A stretch of DNA of 64,000 nt. Origin: Marsupella aquatica. Lineage: Eukaryota; Plantae; Marchantiophyta. How positions within the stretch are numbered: position 1 is the first letter of the stretch; each line of letters starts with the position of its first letter. Positions 35,627 to 47,097 of the stretch are shown piece by piece. The notes below the pieces were generated by a model that was not told the DNA's origin, ran no database searches, and saw only the letters and a list, made by a program, of their open reading frames with translations. The stretch is from the NCBI GenBank assembly GCA_973895155.1, contig OZ316892.1, forward strand, positions 8,229,251 through 8,293,250. Direction: 5' to 3'. A program made the translations under genes and the position numbers.

Positions 35627-36530
35627 CAAGCAATTGATGGGGCAATACTACGTATAATGTATGATTCGTTCTTTTTGGTCCTGCCTAGGCTACAGGATCT
35701 ATTATCTGTTACTCTTGATGGAGTATATAGCCCACAGCCATGACATACATGGACGGACAATGCCTGAGTTTTAGGCGTTTAATCTCTTTGACAAAGGTGT
35801 GGTCATAATAGTGCCCGGGAATTCAGTTGTCTCGGTTGACAGGACAGTCTTGGATCAGGGGGCAATCTTGAAGCCACATTATTACGCGATGTCTCCCATC
35901 CAGGAAGTTGAGTCTAATCCAATGTACATAGTCCATGCTTTATGAAACACCGTACTGGTGTGAACGACTACTTCTATTACCATCCAACTTGGGAAGAGCA
36001 TGACTCGAATCGCGTAGAGACATCGCCGACGACTCTTTCAAACAAAACCTGAACTAGAATGTAAAGATGTGTGAGCTTTAGAACAAGCAAACTGTTTAAA
36101 GGCCCATAACCTGTGATCATTCTCAATAGAGCGAACATAACAATTTTACACACATCAATTGACTGAGACTACACATCGAGAATAGATGGTGTACAGATTG
36201 TCTTCTTTATTTTCCCCGTATTCTCCGTGAAGAGAATTGACAGAAAGCTTAGAATCAACTCAGATCAATACCGCAGAGGGAGGGAGAGATGAACCTTAAT
36301 ACCTCACATCCCCGCGGACAATCGAGACAATTCAAATACACAGAGAACGTGAACTCCTTACAACGGAAAACATAGAACTCTTTAAACCACGCGTGGTGAG
36401 TTCAACGACTTACACCCGCGGCAGTTTACATGAGTAAAAAAAGACGGAAACTCTTAAGAAATGACACGAGGAGTGCAGACAATCACCCGCGGCATTTTAC
36501 ATGAGAAATAAGTAACCAAAGAAACTCTAA

Positions 36531-38290
36531 CGACAGATAGCAGTCGATCAGAAGAGAAGACAGAGCATCCTGTCACAAGAGGACTCTCGGCAGCTCCAAA
36601 TTCTCGATCATGAAGGTGAGGACCGGATCCTTCCCGTCCTTGACGACAACCCCAATCTGCAAACAACTGTAGGAGACCCTTTGCGGGCTGCATTAAGCCA
36701 ATCGGAGTCCAACAAACTTGACATTTTGAACCCAGACGTACAAATTCCAAACCTTGCTAAGTCTTTGTTCCGCGATGACAATCCCAAGTTGCAGGCAAAT
36801 GCAGCGAAGGCTTTGGGGAATTTGGCACTTCGCATAGAGGATTTGGCACTCGAAGGCTTGGTACGGTCTTTGTCGCACGACCAGAATCCCAGTTTGCAAG
36901 CAATTGCAGCAGGGGCTTTGCGGAATTTAGCACTTGGCACGGAGGACATCAAACTCAAAATATCGGAGGAAGATGGAGCACTCAAAGGCTTGGTACGGGC
37001 TATGTCGCACTACCAGAATCCCAGTTTGCAAGCACATGCAGCAGGGGCTTTGCGGGATTTAGCACTTGGCACGGAGGATATCAAACTCAAAATATTGAAG
37101 GACGACGGGGCACTCGCGGGCTTGGTAAGGTCTTTGTCCCATGACCAGAATCCCACTTTGCAAGAATATGCAGCAGGGGCTTTGGGGAATTTAGCACTTG
37201 GCACGGAGGACATCAAAGTCAAAATAGTGAAGGAAGATGGAGCACTCAAAGGCTTGGTAGGCTTAGTACGGTCTTTGTCCCGCCACCAAAATCGCAGTTT
37301 GAAAGCAAATGCAGCGGGGGCTTTGCGGAACTTAGCACTTGCCACGGAGGACATCAAACTCAGAATATCGACAGAAGATGGAGCACTCAAAGGCTTGGTA
37401 CGGTCTTTGTCCCACGATCAGAATCCCAGTTTGCAAGCAGATGCAGCAGGGGCTTTGGGAAATTTAGCTCTTGGCACGGAGGACATCAAACTCAAAATAT
37501 TGAATGAAGATGGAGCACTCAAAGGCTTGGTACGATCTTTGTCCCGCGACCAGAATCCCAGTTTGCAAGCAAATGCTGCAAGTGCTTTGTGGGGGTTAGC
37601 GTGTGTAGAAAAGAAAGTCGAAGTCCAGATTTCGAATGCGGATGGCGCATTAGAGGGCTTGTACGATCTTTGTTCCAAGATGAAAATCCCGAGTTGCAGG
37701 AAAATGCAGCAGGGGCTTTGCAGAGTTTGGCTTTGGGAACGCAGGAAGTCAAACTCAAAATATTGAAGGAAGACGGCGCACTGGCAGGCTTGGTAAGGTC
37801 TTTGTCCCATGACAATAAGCCGAAGTTGCAGGCAAATGCAGCGAGGGCTTTGAACAATTTAGCACGTGGAGAAAGGAAAGTCAAGCTCAATATTTCGAGT
37901 GCGGAGGGGGCACTTGCAGGCCTTGTTAGTTCCCTGTTCCAAGGTGACAATCCTGAGTTGCGAGAAAATGCGGCAGGAGCTTTGCAGGGTTTAGCATCTG
38001 CAACGAAAGAAGTGAGACTCAGAATATTGAATGAAGATGGAGCAGTTGTAGGCCTTGTGAAGTGTCTGGACGAGCCTAACAATCCGGACTTGCAGGCAAA
38101 CGCAGTAGGGGCTTTAGGCAATCTAGCCGCCGGAGGAGAGTCAATGAGACTTAGAATTTTGAAGCAGAACGAGGGTATCGTGGATCTCGTGCAGGGCTTG
38201 TGCGAGCACGAAGATTCCGAGTTGCGGGCAATGGCAAGAAACACTTTATCCATTTCAAGAGGCAAGAAACACTTTATGCTGTTTAAGTAG
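36531..38290 (+). CDS. Armadillo-repeat protein of ~12 highly similar 44-aa repeats, with one frameshift (~37661); start exon not identified
   Basis: 132-bp period (cagaatccc at 36882, 37014, 37146). Consensus DQNPSLQAxAAGALxNLALGTEDIKLKILxEDGALKGLVRSLSH. One missing G (ggcttgtacg vs consensus ggcttggtacg) links ORFs 36681-37766 and 37589-38290. The frame is open from 36531, with an acceptor-like ctaacgacAG at 36536. Confidence 0.75.
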
Positions 38291-38767
38291 GTCCACGAAT
38301 TACACATCAGCTTTCAATCAGAGCTATCGCTATCACAGATTCCAAACATAATTGCTTCAGACGATCGATGGGGCAGTTCGGGCCTCGTTAAGCATCCTTT
38401 AACTACATAAGCTTGACAGTCCCGATCCTACTGGAATGCACTTTCTGCACGAAGATGCTTATCTCGTGAGATACGAAAAGTGTTCAATCATTGGGTCGGA
38501 TTTTTAGAAATAGCGAGTGCACAACTTGCGAGCTTCAGCCATGCATTTCATGTTCGCGCGCCAAAAACTGTCGGTCTGACATTATTAATTGAAACCAACC
38601 GGCTTGAGTGACGCTTCCACTCATAGTCGTTGAAAACGCGGTTATGTCAGTATTAAGGTCAGCGTTGTTGATTACAATCCCAAATGATACTGCGAAACAG
38701 AGGTGTTGAACTATTCAGAGATAAAAGTTCTTTACTAATATCATTTATTCATTATTGTATGTGGAAA

Positions 38768-39373
38768 TTCAGAGCTTTTTTTGCTTCAGAGGTGAAGCGA
38801 CAGAGTTTAAGTCGAGTCATGACGCAAAGACCTTCGAACTTTAGAGCACAAGCCAGAGCGGAAGCCAGATCAGACATTAATAGGGCGGATACCTGGCAGG
38901 GGGAAATCTCCCTCGTCGGCTGAGCTTCAGAGGTGAAGCAACAGAGTTTAAGTCGAGTCATGATGCACAGAACCTTCGAACTTTGTAGAACAATCCAGAG
39001 CGGAAGCCAGATCGGACATTAATAGGGCGGATACCTGGCAGGGGGAAATCTCCCTCGTCGGCTCAGCTTCAGAGCTTTTTTCTTCAGAGGTGAAGCAACA
39101 GAGTTTAAGTCGAGTCATGATGCACAGAACCTTCGAACTTTGTAGAACAATCAGAGCGGAAGCCAGATCGGACATTAATAGGGCGGATACCGGGCAGGGG
39201 GAAATCTCCCTCGTCAGCTCAGCTTCAGAGCTTTTTTCTTCAGAGGTGAAGCAACAGAGTTTAAGTCGAGTCATGATGCACAGAACCTTCGAACTTTGTA
39301 GAACAATCCAGAGCGGAAGCCAGAGTGGACATTAATAGGACGGATACCGGGCAGGGAGAAATCTCTCTCGTCG
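38768..39373. repeat. Tandem array of four ~156-bp units
   Basis: tcagaggtgaagc(a/g)acagagtttaagtcgagtcatg... starts at 38786, 38927, 39084 and 39240. Units are nearly identical; no maintained ORF. Confidence 0.93.
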
Positions 39374-40198
39374 ATTAGATATCTGAGATGGCGACAATGA
39401 GTGGTAGCAGCCTAAAATCTGCCAACGGCAATTGTCAATCGTCAATGAATGGTGTGGCAGTGGAGCCCTAATTAACGGAAATTAAGAGGCTGATTGAGAA
39501 CACAGCCCAGTTTCATGGAGACCGTCCGGAAAAGACGGTCTGGTTGGCTCCATCTATGAATCTGTATTTTAGGAGTTCGATCGAATCAATCGCATGGCGG
39601 ACTGCATGTAGGATGTGTAACTCCCGTCCTGGTCACGCGTTCTGTCATTTCGTTCATGTTCATCAGTGAGAGATTGGTGGACACTCCCTGTCTGTTTGAA
39701 TCGAATTTCGTACGAGTACCCCTCTCAATTAAATGTAATGTCAGCGGTTTCATTGCGTCTTTGGAAGCTTGTAATGCAACTTCTACCTCTCAGCGTCTCA
39801 GGGTACACGTACCTGTCCTGGTCTTTCCTAGATAGACAACTATGTGGTGGAGAACTGCCGACATTGGAGTTGGCCTTTCGTCCTCGATCTGAATTTCTTC
39901 TTCACATTCTAACTGTTTCATTATCACCCTTATAGATTGTGGCTGAAGAGACAGTCCTCTGATTAGTCGAGGTTTCTGCTGGTGGAAACTCTATTTTTTC
40001 TATCTGGTGGAGTGTACTTAAGTTTCCTATATAATAACTACACTAGTTCAATATCCATGCATTGCAGAAAGCGTTATCTGTTTGTCATGAATGTCGCCCT
40101 GCTGTAAGCTGCTCTTTGTCATGCGGATTAGAAACATCAAATTGACAACTTTTGCGGGGAAGATTTATTTCTCCCAGCATTCCGCACAAGCATGAAAA

Positions 40199-40276
40199 AG
40201 AACCGAGAAGTACATGCTGCAGTGTGGCTCTGCATCGAGAACCGAGAAGTACATGCTGCAGTGTGGCTCTGCATCG
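40199..40276. repeat. ~39-bp tandem duplication
   Basis: agaaccgagaagtacatgctgcagtgtggctctgcatcg x2. Confidence 0.85.
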
Positions 40277-40599
40277 TGTCATCAGCTGCATGTCCTATGG
40301 AATAAGTAATCTGTTGTTCAGTGATGCACTTGTTCGTCTTGCCCGACTCATTTGGTACGGAGTCGCTGGAAAGTGAGGACTCAGGAAGCAATTCCGCTTT
40401 GCATGCGGATCCTCTTTAATATGCAGGTGTTTCTTGGGTACATCATCAATGTCGTGTTGGATAATTCCAAATCTTGCGTTTGATGGCCTCGCGCCCCAAT
40501 CACTGCACCCTCCAGGTGGCTGGCTCTGAAAAATATTTCCCGATAGGCGATCTTCGTACGTTGGATAGTACTTAAAAACTTCTAAAGGCTCTTTTGTTT

Positions 40600-41700
40600 C
40601 ACATGACAGATAGAGGTGAGAGCAACAAGTGGCAGTGGAAGTTCTTCCTTAGTTTTCTGCCAATGAACTGCAAAACTGCAAAAGATTTTCTTGTCTCGAT
40701 TCCGAGATTTATCCACCGGGTGAGAGGGTTGCTCACCCACTCTTCCAACACAATAATCCAACTTCCGTGTATTGGAAAGATCGAGATGTGGGGAGTGAAG
40801 TTAGTAAGAAAAAACGAACGACAAATCTGGATTGGCCTGGGACTGTGGATGGTACTTAGCGGTTTTGTCCAAGGGCGAAACCACCTCTCTTCAATCAAAT
40901 GCATTAGCTGCTTTAGAGTCTTTGCTTTGTGGCCCCGCGGATAACAGGGCAAAACTAATGAATCAACCAAGGTTATTGATTGTCTCTGTAAATTATGTGT
41001 CCCCATCTGTTTGTCCCGTCCCCACGAATTTGACGTACATTGCGAAGTTATTGCTCGAGAATAAAGTTACGATTATCAACCACAACGGAGGTCTCAAAAT
41101 GTTTGTTGGATTGCCGATTTGAAAGATGGACCCTATCTTCGGTGTTCTGCAGCAGAATCTCTGTCTAATCTAGTTATAGCGTTGCTGGTCGGTGATGTAG
41201 TCAATATTGGATTGGCTACAGCCGAAACAGTTGAGGAGGGCCTACTGCCCAACTTCGCAGAAGAATTCGTGAGGGCCCACCCACCGAAGAGAATGTAGCA
41301 AGAGATTCAGTAAAGCTTGTATTCTGGATTCGCTTATAAAGGAAAAGCTGCCATTCTGTTCTGAAGTTGAGGAGTCCTTGGCTGATCTTGATACGGCCTA
41401 GGAGTTTGAGCTTGCTGACAACTTTTCAGGTGGGGTTCTCAGTAGATATGTCAGGCCATCCGCCTTCTTTGAAATCCTACCTTCGATGCTCTATTGCTTC
41501 GCGTTTTGCTACATGCACGTCCCGAATGTTTGCAGCTGCTCTCGTAGCGTTGTAGTAGGGTTGGCAGACTATTTGCAAGAGCTTTCTCAAATCTCCCTGG
41601 GAAACATTTCTGCAACTACTTCAGTACCAAGTGTCAAAATTCTGATGATGTCATTCAGGTGCTGCAGGTTCGGCGATAATGTGGAATAAAGTACTTTTAC
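40600..41700 (+). pseudogene. Decayed armadillo-repeat gene
   Basis: Fragments SLQSNALAALESLLCGPADNRAKLMNQPRLL, ENKVTIINHNGGLKMFVGL and SAAESLSNL follow ARM helix patterns. Many stops and frameshifts. Confidence 0.5.
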
Positions 41701-42396
41701 AGATCAGAATTACATAACAAATTTGAAAGAATTATCAGCATCAGCCGTATACTAGGCAGTACAAATCTGCTGGGTGAGTGCCGTGCTCTTGGCTGGCTGG
41801 GTATCTCCATTATGTAAGTCTATAGTCGGACAGGCTCATTTCGTTGTTTGGATGTACCCACGCATGGAGTGCACACTCAGGAAAAGGCACACAGACATTA
41901 AGTGTCCTCTGCCTCTTCCTGATCACCAGTCGTTTGGATGTGCACGTACCCCATATGTGCATGTGACGGGAGTGCACACTCAGGAAAAGGCACAAACATT
42001 ACGTACGTGATCTTGTGCGTCTTCCTGATAGACTGACTGAATTTGAGCCTCCATAATGATGATCGATCGACTGTAGATTGATTAGGGTAGTCAGACGGTA
42101 AAGCCGACAGTGATGCTGCGTCGTTCTAGGGAGTGTTCACTGCTCGCCCTGAGACGTGTGCTTTGTGGATGACGGACGGGTACGTTCTGGTGTCGGTGAG
42201 GGACGCCGAGTTTACTAAAATCTACCCCTATTAGATCCTATGGACCTCACTGATAACGGTGGAATATGGTACCTTCCGTCACCCTTCTATCTATATCACA
42301 ATGATTATGGCTCAAGCCAGGAGCAAAGAAGCATGAGACCAAATCGATTCATTCAGCCAAGCTACAACTACAACTACAACTACGTTGAAACCTTTC

Positions 42397-45300
42397 TCAA
42401 GGAAAAGAGGTCTTCATCAACGCCTGTTTCGCTGAGTTCTTGGTGAAGTCTTCGGGATCATGCTTTACTTCATGAAGTAGCGCCACGACTTCCTTCATGG
42501 TGGGCCGCTCCGCCGGAAAGGAGTGTACACACAAGAGCGCCACTCCGAGAGCTTGCGTCATCTCCTGAATGAAAGCGTCGGGCATCCCTCTCATCCGCGA
42601 GTCGATGACCTCCCACGTCGCCTGATGAGTGTTGCCAGTTGCCGATTTACTTTGATTTATGGTTTCCTGCACCCATTTCACAATGTGCCAATTCTCTCCG
42701 AGCCCGGGCTCCACCGCCTTCCTGCCCGTCAATATCTCCAGCAACACCACTCCGTAACTGTACACGTCGCTCTTGTCTGTGATTTTCATCGTGTACCCAT
42801 ATTCTGCATCGAGTCACAACGATACTGATGAGCCAAGTATATCGTAATTAAAACATGTACAGAGGGTCTGACGTTACAGTCCCAACAGCAGACCTTGTCC
42901 GCCTTGACCCACAAGGCGACACGGTCGTGGATTTCAATGCCCAGGAGCGGGCCCTCCCACAGTCTAAGTGGAACCCGTGCAAAGCACAAACACATCCACA
43001 TTCAGAGTGCTAAAACTAGCTGGATAAGTTACCTAATAGTCTAGAAGAAGTCGCCTACCTTCTTCCGCCAGTAGTACAGTTAGCACACAAGCAACTATGC
43101 TAGGCATTGAGCGCTCTACAAGTTTAATGATGATCTGACTCTGACCTACCGTTCCGACGGTGATCAATTTACAATGTTCTCCTCAAGCGTCACCGACCAA
43201 TGGAGATAACCGGGACCATTGCATACATACAAATATCAAATCTAAAGTACTACAGTAGGTCCAATCCGAAGGCGCGTCCATTCATCATCAGAGTCTTACT
43301 CGTTCAGGTAAGGTTCAATCGGAAAGGCGAGTTAAGCGGAATCTAGCTCGTCCTGCGCCCATCTTGGGAGCTTCGTGACTCCATGTGGTGGTGAGGCATT
43401 TGATGCATGTTTGAAAACTCTCCTAAGCATTGTGGGGTCTCGATAATCCTATCGGAAAATCCATCACCGATAAAATTGGGTCCAGAGAAACGAAGTTGTT
43501 CATCCGGTCCAATTGGCACAGTGTGAAGTACGTTCATTGTGGCATTTTTCACGCGTATTGCAATTGATCAGGAATGAAGGAAAAGAAAGTAAACTGACCT
43601 GGAGCGATGTAGCCGTAAGAGCCAGCCACCTTGGACACGACCTTGGATGCATTAGACGCATCGATAAGCTTGGCCAGTCCAAAATCCGCTACATACGGCT
43701 CAAAGCGATTTCCCAACAGAATGTTGTTAGATTTGACGTCGCGATGCAAAATTGCAGGGAGACAGTCGTGATGCAGATAGGCTAATCCCTGTGCAGCTCC
43801 GACGGCAATGTTGTACCTCGTCTCCCAGTCCAGCATCCTCTTCTTCTCGTGAAGTACCTCCCCAAGACTCCCATTCGGCATATAGTCGTACATGAGAAGG
43901 TTAATGTCATTGTTGGAGCAGTACCCCAGTAACCGGACGATATTGCGGTGCCGAATGGCACCGAGAATGTCGATCTCAGCTGCGAAAGAATTCTGATGAG
44001 CGTCTCCGTTCCTCACCGGCCACAGTTTCTTCACTGCAATCACCTCCCCACCGTCCATCTCGGCCTTGTACACGATGCCAGAACATCCACTACCCACCAC
44101 ATTCCTCTCCACAAGACTGCTAAGCACCTCTCCCAGGGTGAAATTGAGTTTCTGGAATGGAGTGAATCTCCATGGCCAGGGCCCATCGTCATCCATACAC
44201 TGCACATCCACCCAATAACGCTTGTAGAACAAGAAAGACCCCACACAAAGAATCACCACAGCTGAGCCGAAGAGAAGGCTCACCACCAGAGGTGTTTCGG
44301 CTATGCCACCTTTGGCCCTTCCATCTTGACCAAAATTATTTCCCCCCAAGTTCGACGAGCAGTTGCTAACGGCATTAGTGCAGAGCCCGGGGTTTCCGAG
44401 GAATGAGCTAGGTGGCATGGAATGGAAGAAATAAGTGTCCGGCAAGTATCCCGTGAAGGCATTGTATGAGACATTGAGCGACGAGAGGCTGTCCATTTGA
44501 CCTAAAATGACGAGGCTTCCGGAGAGAAGGTTGTGGGAGAGGTCCAGCAACTGGAGGTTGATGAGCTGGGCGAGCTCTGTTGGGAGAGATCCAGAGAGAA
44601 GGTTGTAACTCAGGTCCAGTCCGATCACGAGACTCACAATGCTGCCCAGCTCGGATGGGATCTCCCCGCTCAGTTTGTTTTGGCTTACGTTCAGCAACTC
44701 CAGCTTTTTGCAGCTTCCAAAAGACGTCGGAACTGCTCCGGAGAGAAGATTAGAACTCAAGTCCAGCTGGTTCAAAGACTTGAGATTGCCCAGCTCGGTT
44801 GGGATGAGACCATTGAACTGATTCCCCGAGAGGTCTAGAATTTGAAGGTTGGACAAGGTAGCCAGCTCGGCTGGAAGGTTTCCTGAAAGCTGGTTTCCAT
44901 GCGCATCGAGGAGCTCCAGGGCCGAGCAGTTCCCAAGCTCCTTGGGCAGGGGCCCTGCGAGCCCGTTGTTGAACAAGTCGAGGAAGATGAGGTTCTGCAG
45001 CTGCCCAATCTCGGTGGGTATGGTCCCGGTGAACAAGTTGTTGGCAAGGCGAAGACGGACCAGTTTGGCGCTCTGGCCAATCTCGCGCGGAATCTGCCAT
45101 GAATATTATTCAACACACAATCTATGAGATTCACCCTACACATACGAACTCCAAAGCCATAGGATAAGAGGCCATAACATGACAAACCACTTTGAGGCCC
45201 CGAGCACGCCGCCTTTCTTGGAAAATCATAATCCAAAACTTGGCGCCCAGATAACTACACATACCTATACTCGACAAGACTACTCGTAGGAACTGTTCAA

Positions 45301-47097
45301 CACTTCAACCTAAACCATCGAACCAAAAAACCGGAAGCAGGAAGCTTGTTGCTGTCCAAGAAACACGGACCGCATAAAGACGACAATTGACTCGGAGAGT
45401 CTCTATGATGGAAAACTATCTGATGAACCCACGTGCTTCACAGGGGGGTGAGAAAAGGTGGACTTCCCTTCAGTGACCAGAAAACGAGTACGTTCACTAA
45501 GACATTATATAATGTTTCTTACATTCTTTTTTACAGGTGTTGCATTTCTCTCCTTGACTGGGAAAATTTAGTCTCCATGTGCTCCATTATCTGGGATTAT
45601 ACGTGAATCAAATGAGCATTACTATATCTACTGTACATCACCTCGGAACTGAATGAACAATTGTAAGCGTCATTTGTAGGGTCACGTCTACCTTGACGAA
45701 ATAGCCTGCTAGATAGAAACTTGATTGGAAAAACTGGAACCGAGTTAAATCAATCGACATACCTCTCCAGAGAGATTGTTCGAGAGAAGTCGCAGCCGCA
45801 GAAGGTTGGGCAGCAAGAACAGCTCCCGAGGAAGGGCCCCAGAGAGTGAGTTGCTAGTAGCATCAAAGTCGATTAGAGCCTTGCAGTTGCCCATACTGAC
45901 AGGAATCTCGCCGGAAAAATTGTTCGCCCACAGAAACAACGTCTGAAGCCCGGTGAATTTTCCGAATTCGATTGGAATTGGGCCGTAGAAGTCATTGTTG
46001 TCCACCTGCAGACTCCAAAGGCTGGACAGGTTGCCCAGCTCGGGAGGAATGACTCCAGAGAGGTTGTTGAAGCTGAAAAGCATTTGCTGGAGAGAGCTGA
46101 GTCTTCCAAGTTGAGGCGGAATGCTGCCCGTCAACGTATTGTAGGATAGTTCTAGCACTTGGAGAGAGTTGCAGGTGGCGAGCTCGGGTGGAATAGTACC
46201 TGTGAATTCATTATGCCAGAGATAAAGATCTTGGAGTTGAGTAAGATTCCCGAGCTCGGGAGGTATGGGACCCGTCAACTGGTTCTTGTGAAGATAGATA
46301 GCCTCCAGGGTAGTGATGTTCGCAAGCTCCGGGGGTATGGGCCCAGTGAGATTACATTGATAGAGAGCCAAGTTCTGCAGCTTTTCCAGCCCTCCATATG
46401 AGGCTGGGATACTACCTGAGATGGCAGTCACAGCGAACCCCAGCACAGTGAGCTGTTTCAAGTACCCCAGTTCAGTAGGCAACAATCCTCCCAGGAACTC
46501 ATTCCCTCCCCCACGGATCTGCACTAAGTTCGTCAGGTTCCCTAACGACGAGGGCAGGCTCCCACTGATATTATTCTGGTAAAAATACAAGATTTGTAAC
46601 TGAGCCAACAACCCCAGCTCCGGGGGTACAGGCCCATCAAAACTATTGTCGTTGAGCATCAGCTCCCTGAGCTGTGTCAATTGGCCCAAGTCCGGGGGGA
46701 TGATTCCCGTCAGTCCATTGCCACTTAAATCTAACACTTGCAACTGGGTGCAGTTAGCTATCTCCACAGGGATCATCCCCGTCATATTCAATCCGGACAG
46801 AGTCAAGTACTGCAGTGCATCGAGAGATCCAATTTGTGATGGAATGCTTGCGTAAAGAGACAACGCATGCAGGGTAACATTGACTACACGACCTGTCGTA
46901 TTCGAGCACCAGACTCCCATCCAACCTTGGCAGGGGTCGGGATCTTGCTCATTCCAGCTGCTGAATAAGCTCTTGGCGTCCGGGCTTACAGACTGCAAGA
47001 AGGAAAGAAGCACACGTCCGTCGGAGTTTATGGCAGTGACGCCAATGTTGCTCGTGAGACCCAACAGCAGAAGTAGTAGCAGGATTGACGACGACAT
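42397..47097 (-). CDS. LRR receptor-like kinase subfamily XI, RGI/RCH1-like (RGF peptide receptor family), ~1078 aa
   Basis: join(47097-45763,45093-43599,42803-42397), phase-consistent GT-AG introns (alternative ATG at 47154). Signal peptide, LRRNT (SWN..DPC.W.GV.C), many plant LRRs with RxGG (QIRGGGN) and RxR (LVRLRL), TM helix, WPWRFTPFQKL, kinase VKKLW/[38 protein letters not shown]. Confidence 0.95.

Noticed and set aside
36608-38307. Long minus-strand ORFs over the ARM array
   Set aside because: They are antisense shadows of the repetitive plus-strand coding sequence.
38888-38905. TACCTGGCAGGGG in the 156-bp repeat resembles the metazoan U1 snRNA 5' end
   Set aside because: It lacks ATACTTACCTG, the U1 stem-loops and the Sm site, and plant U1 differs here. 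A 13-nt coincidence.
38768-39373. CRISPR-like array
   Set aside because: Whole units are repeated with no unique spacers, there are no cas genes, and the context is eukaryotic.
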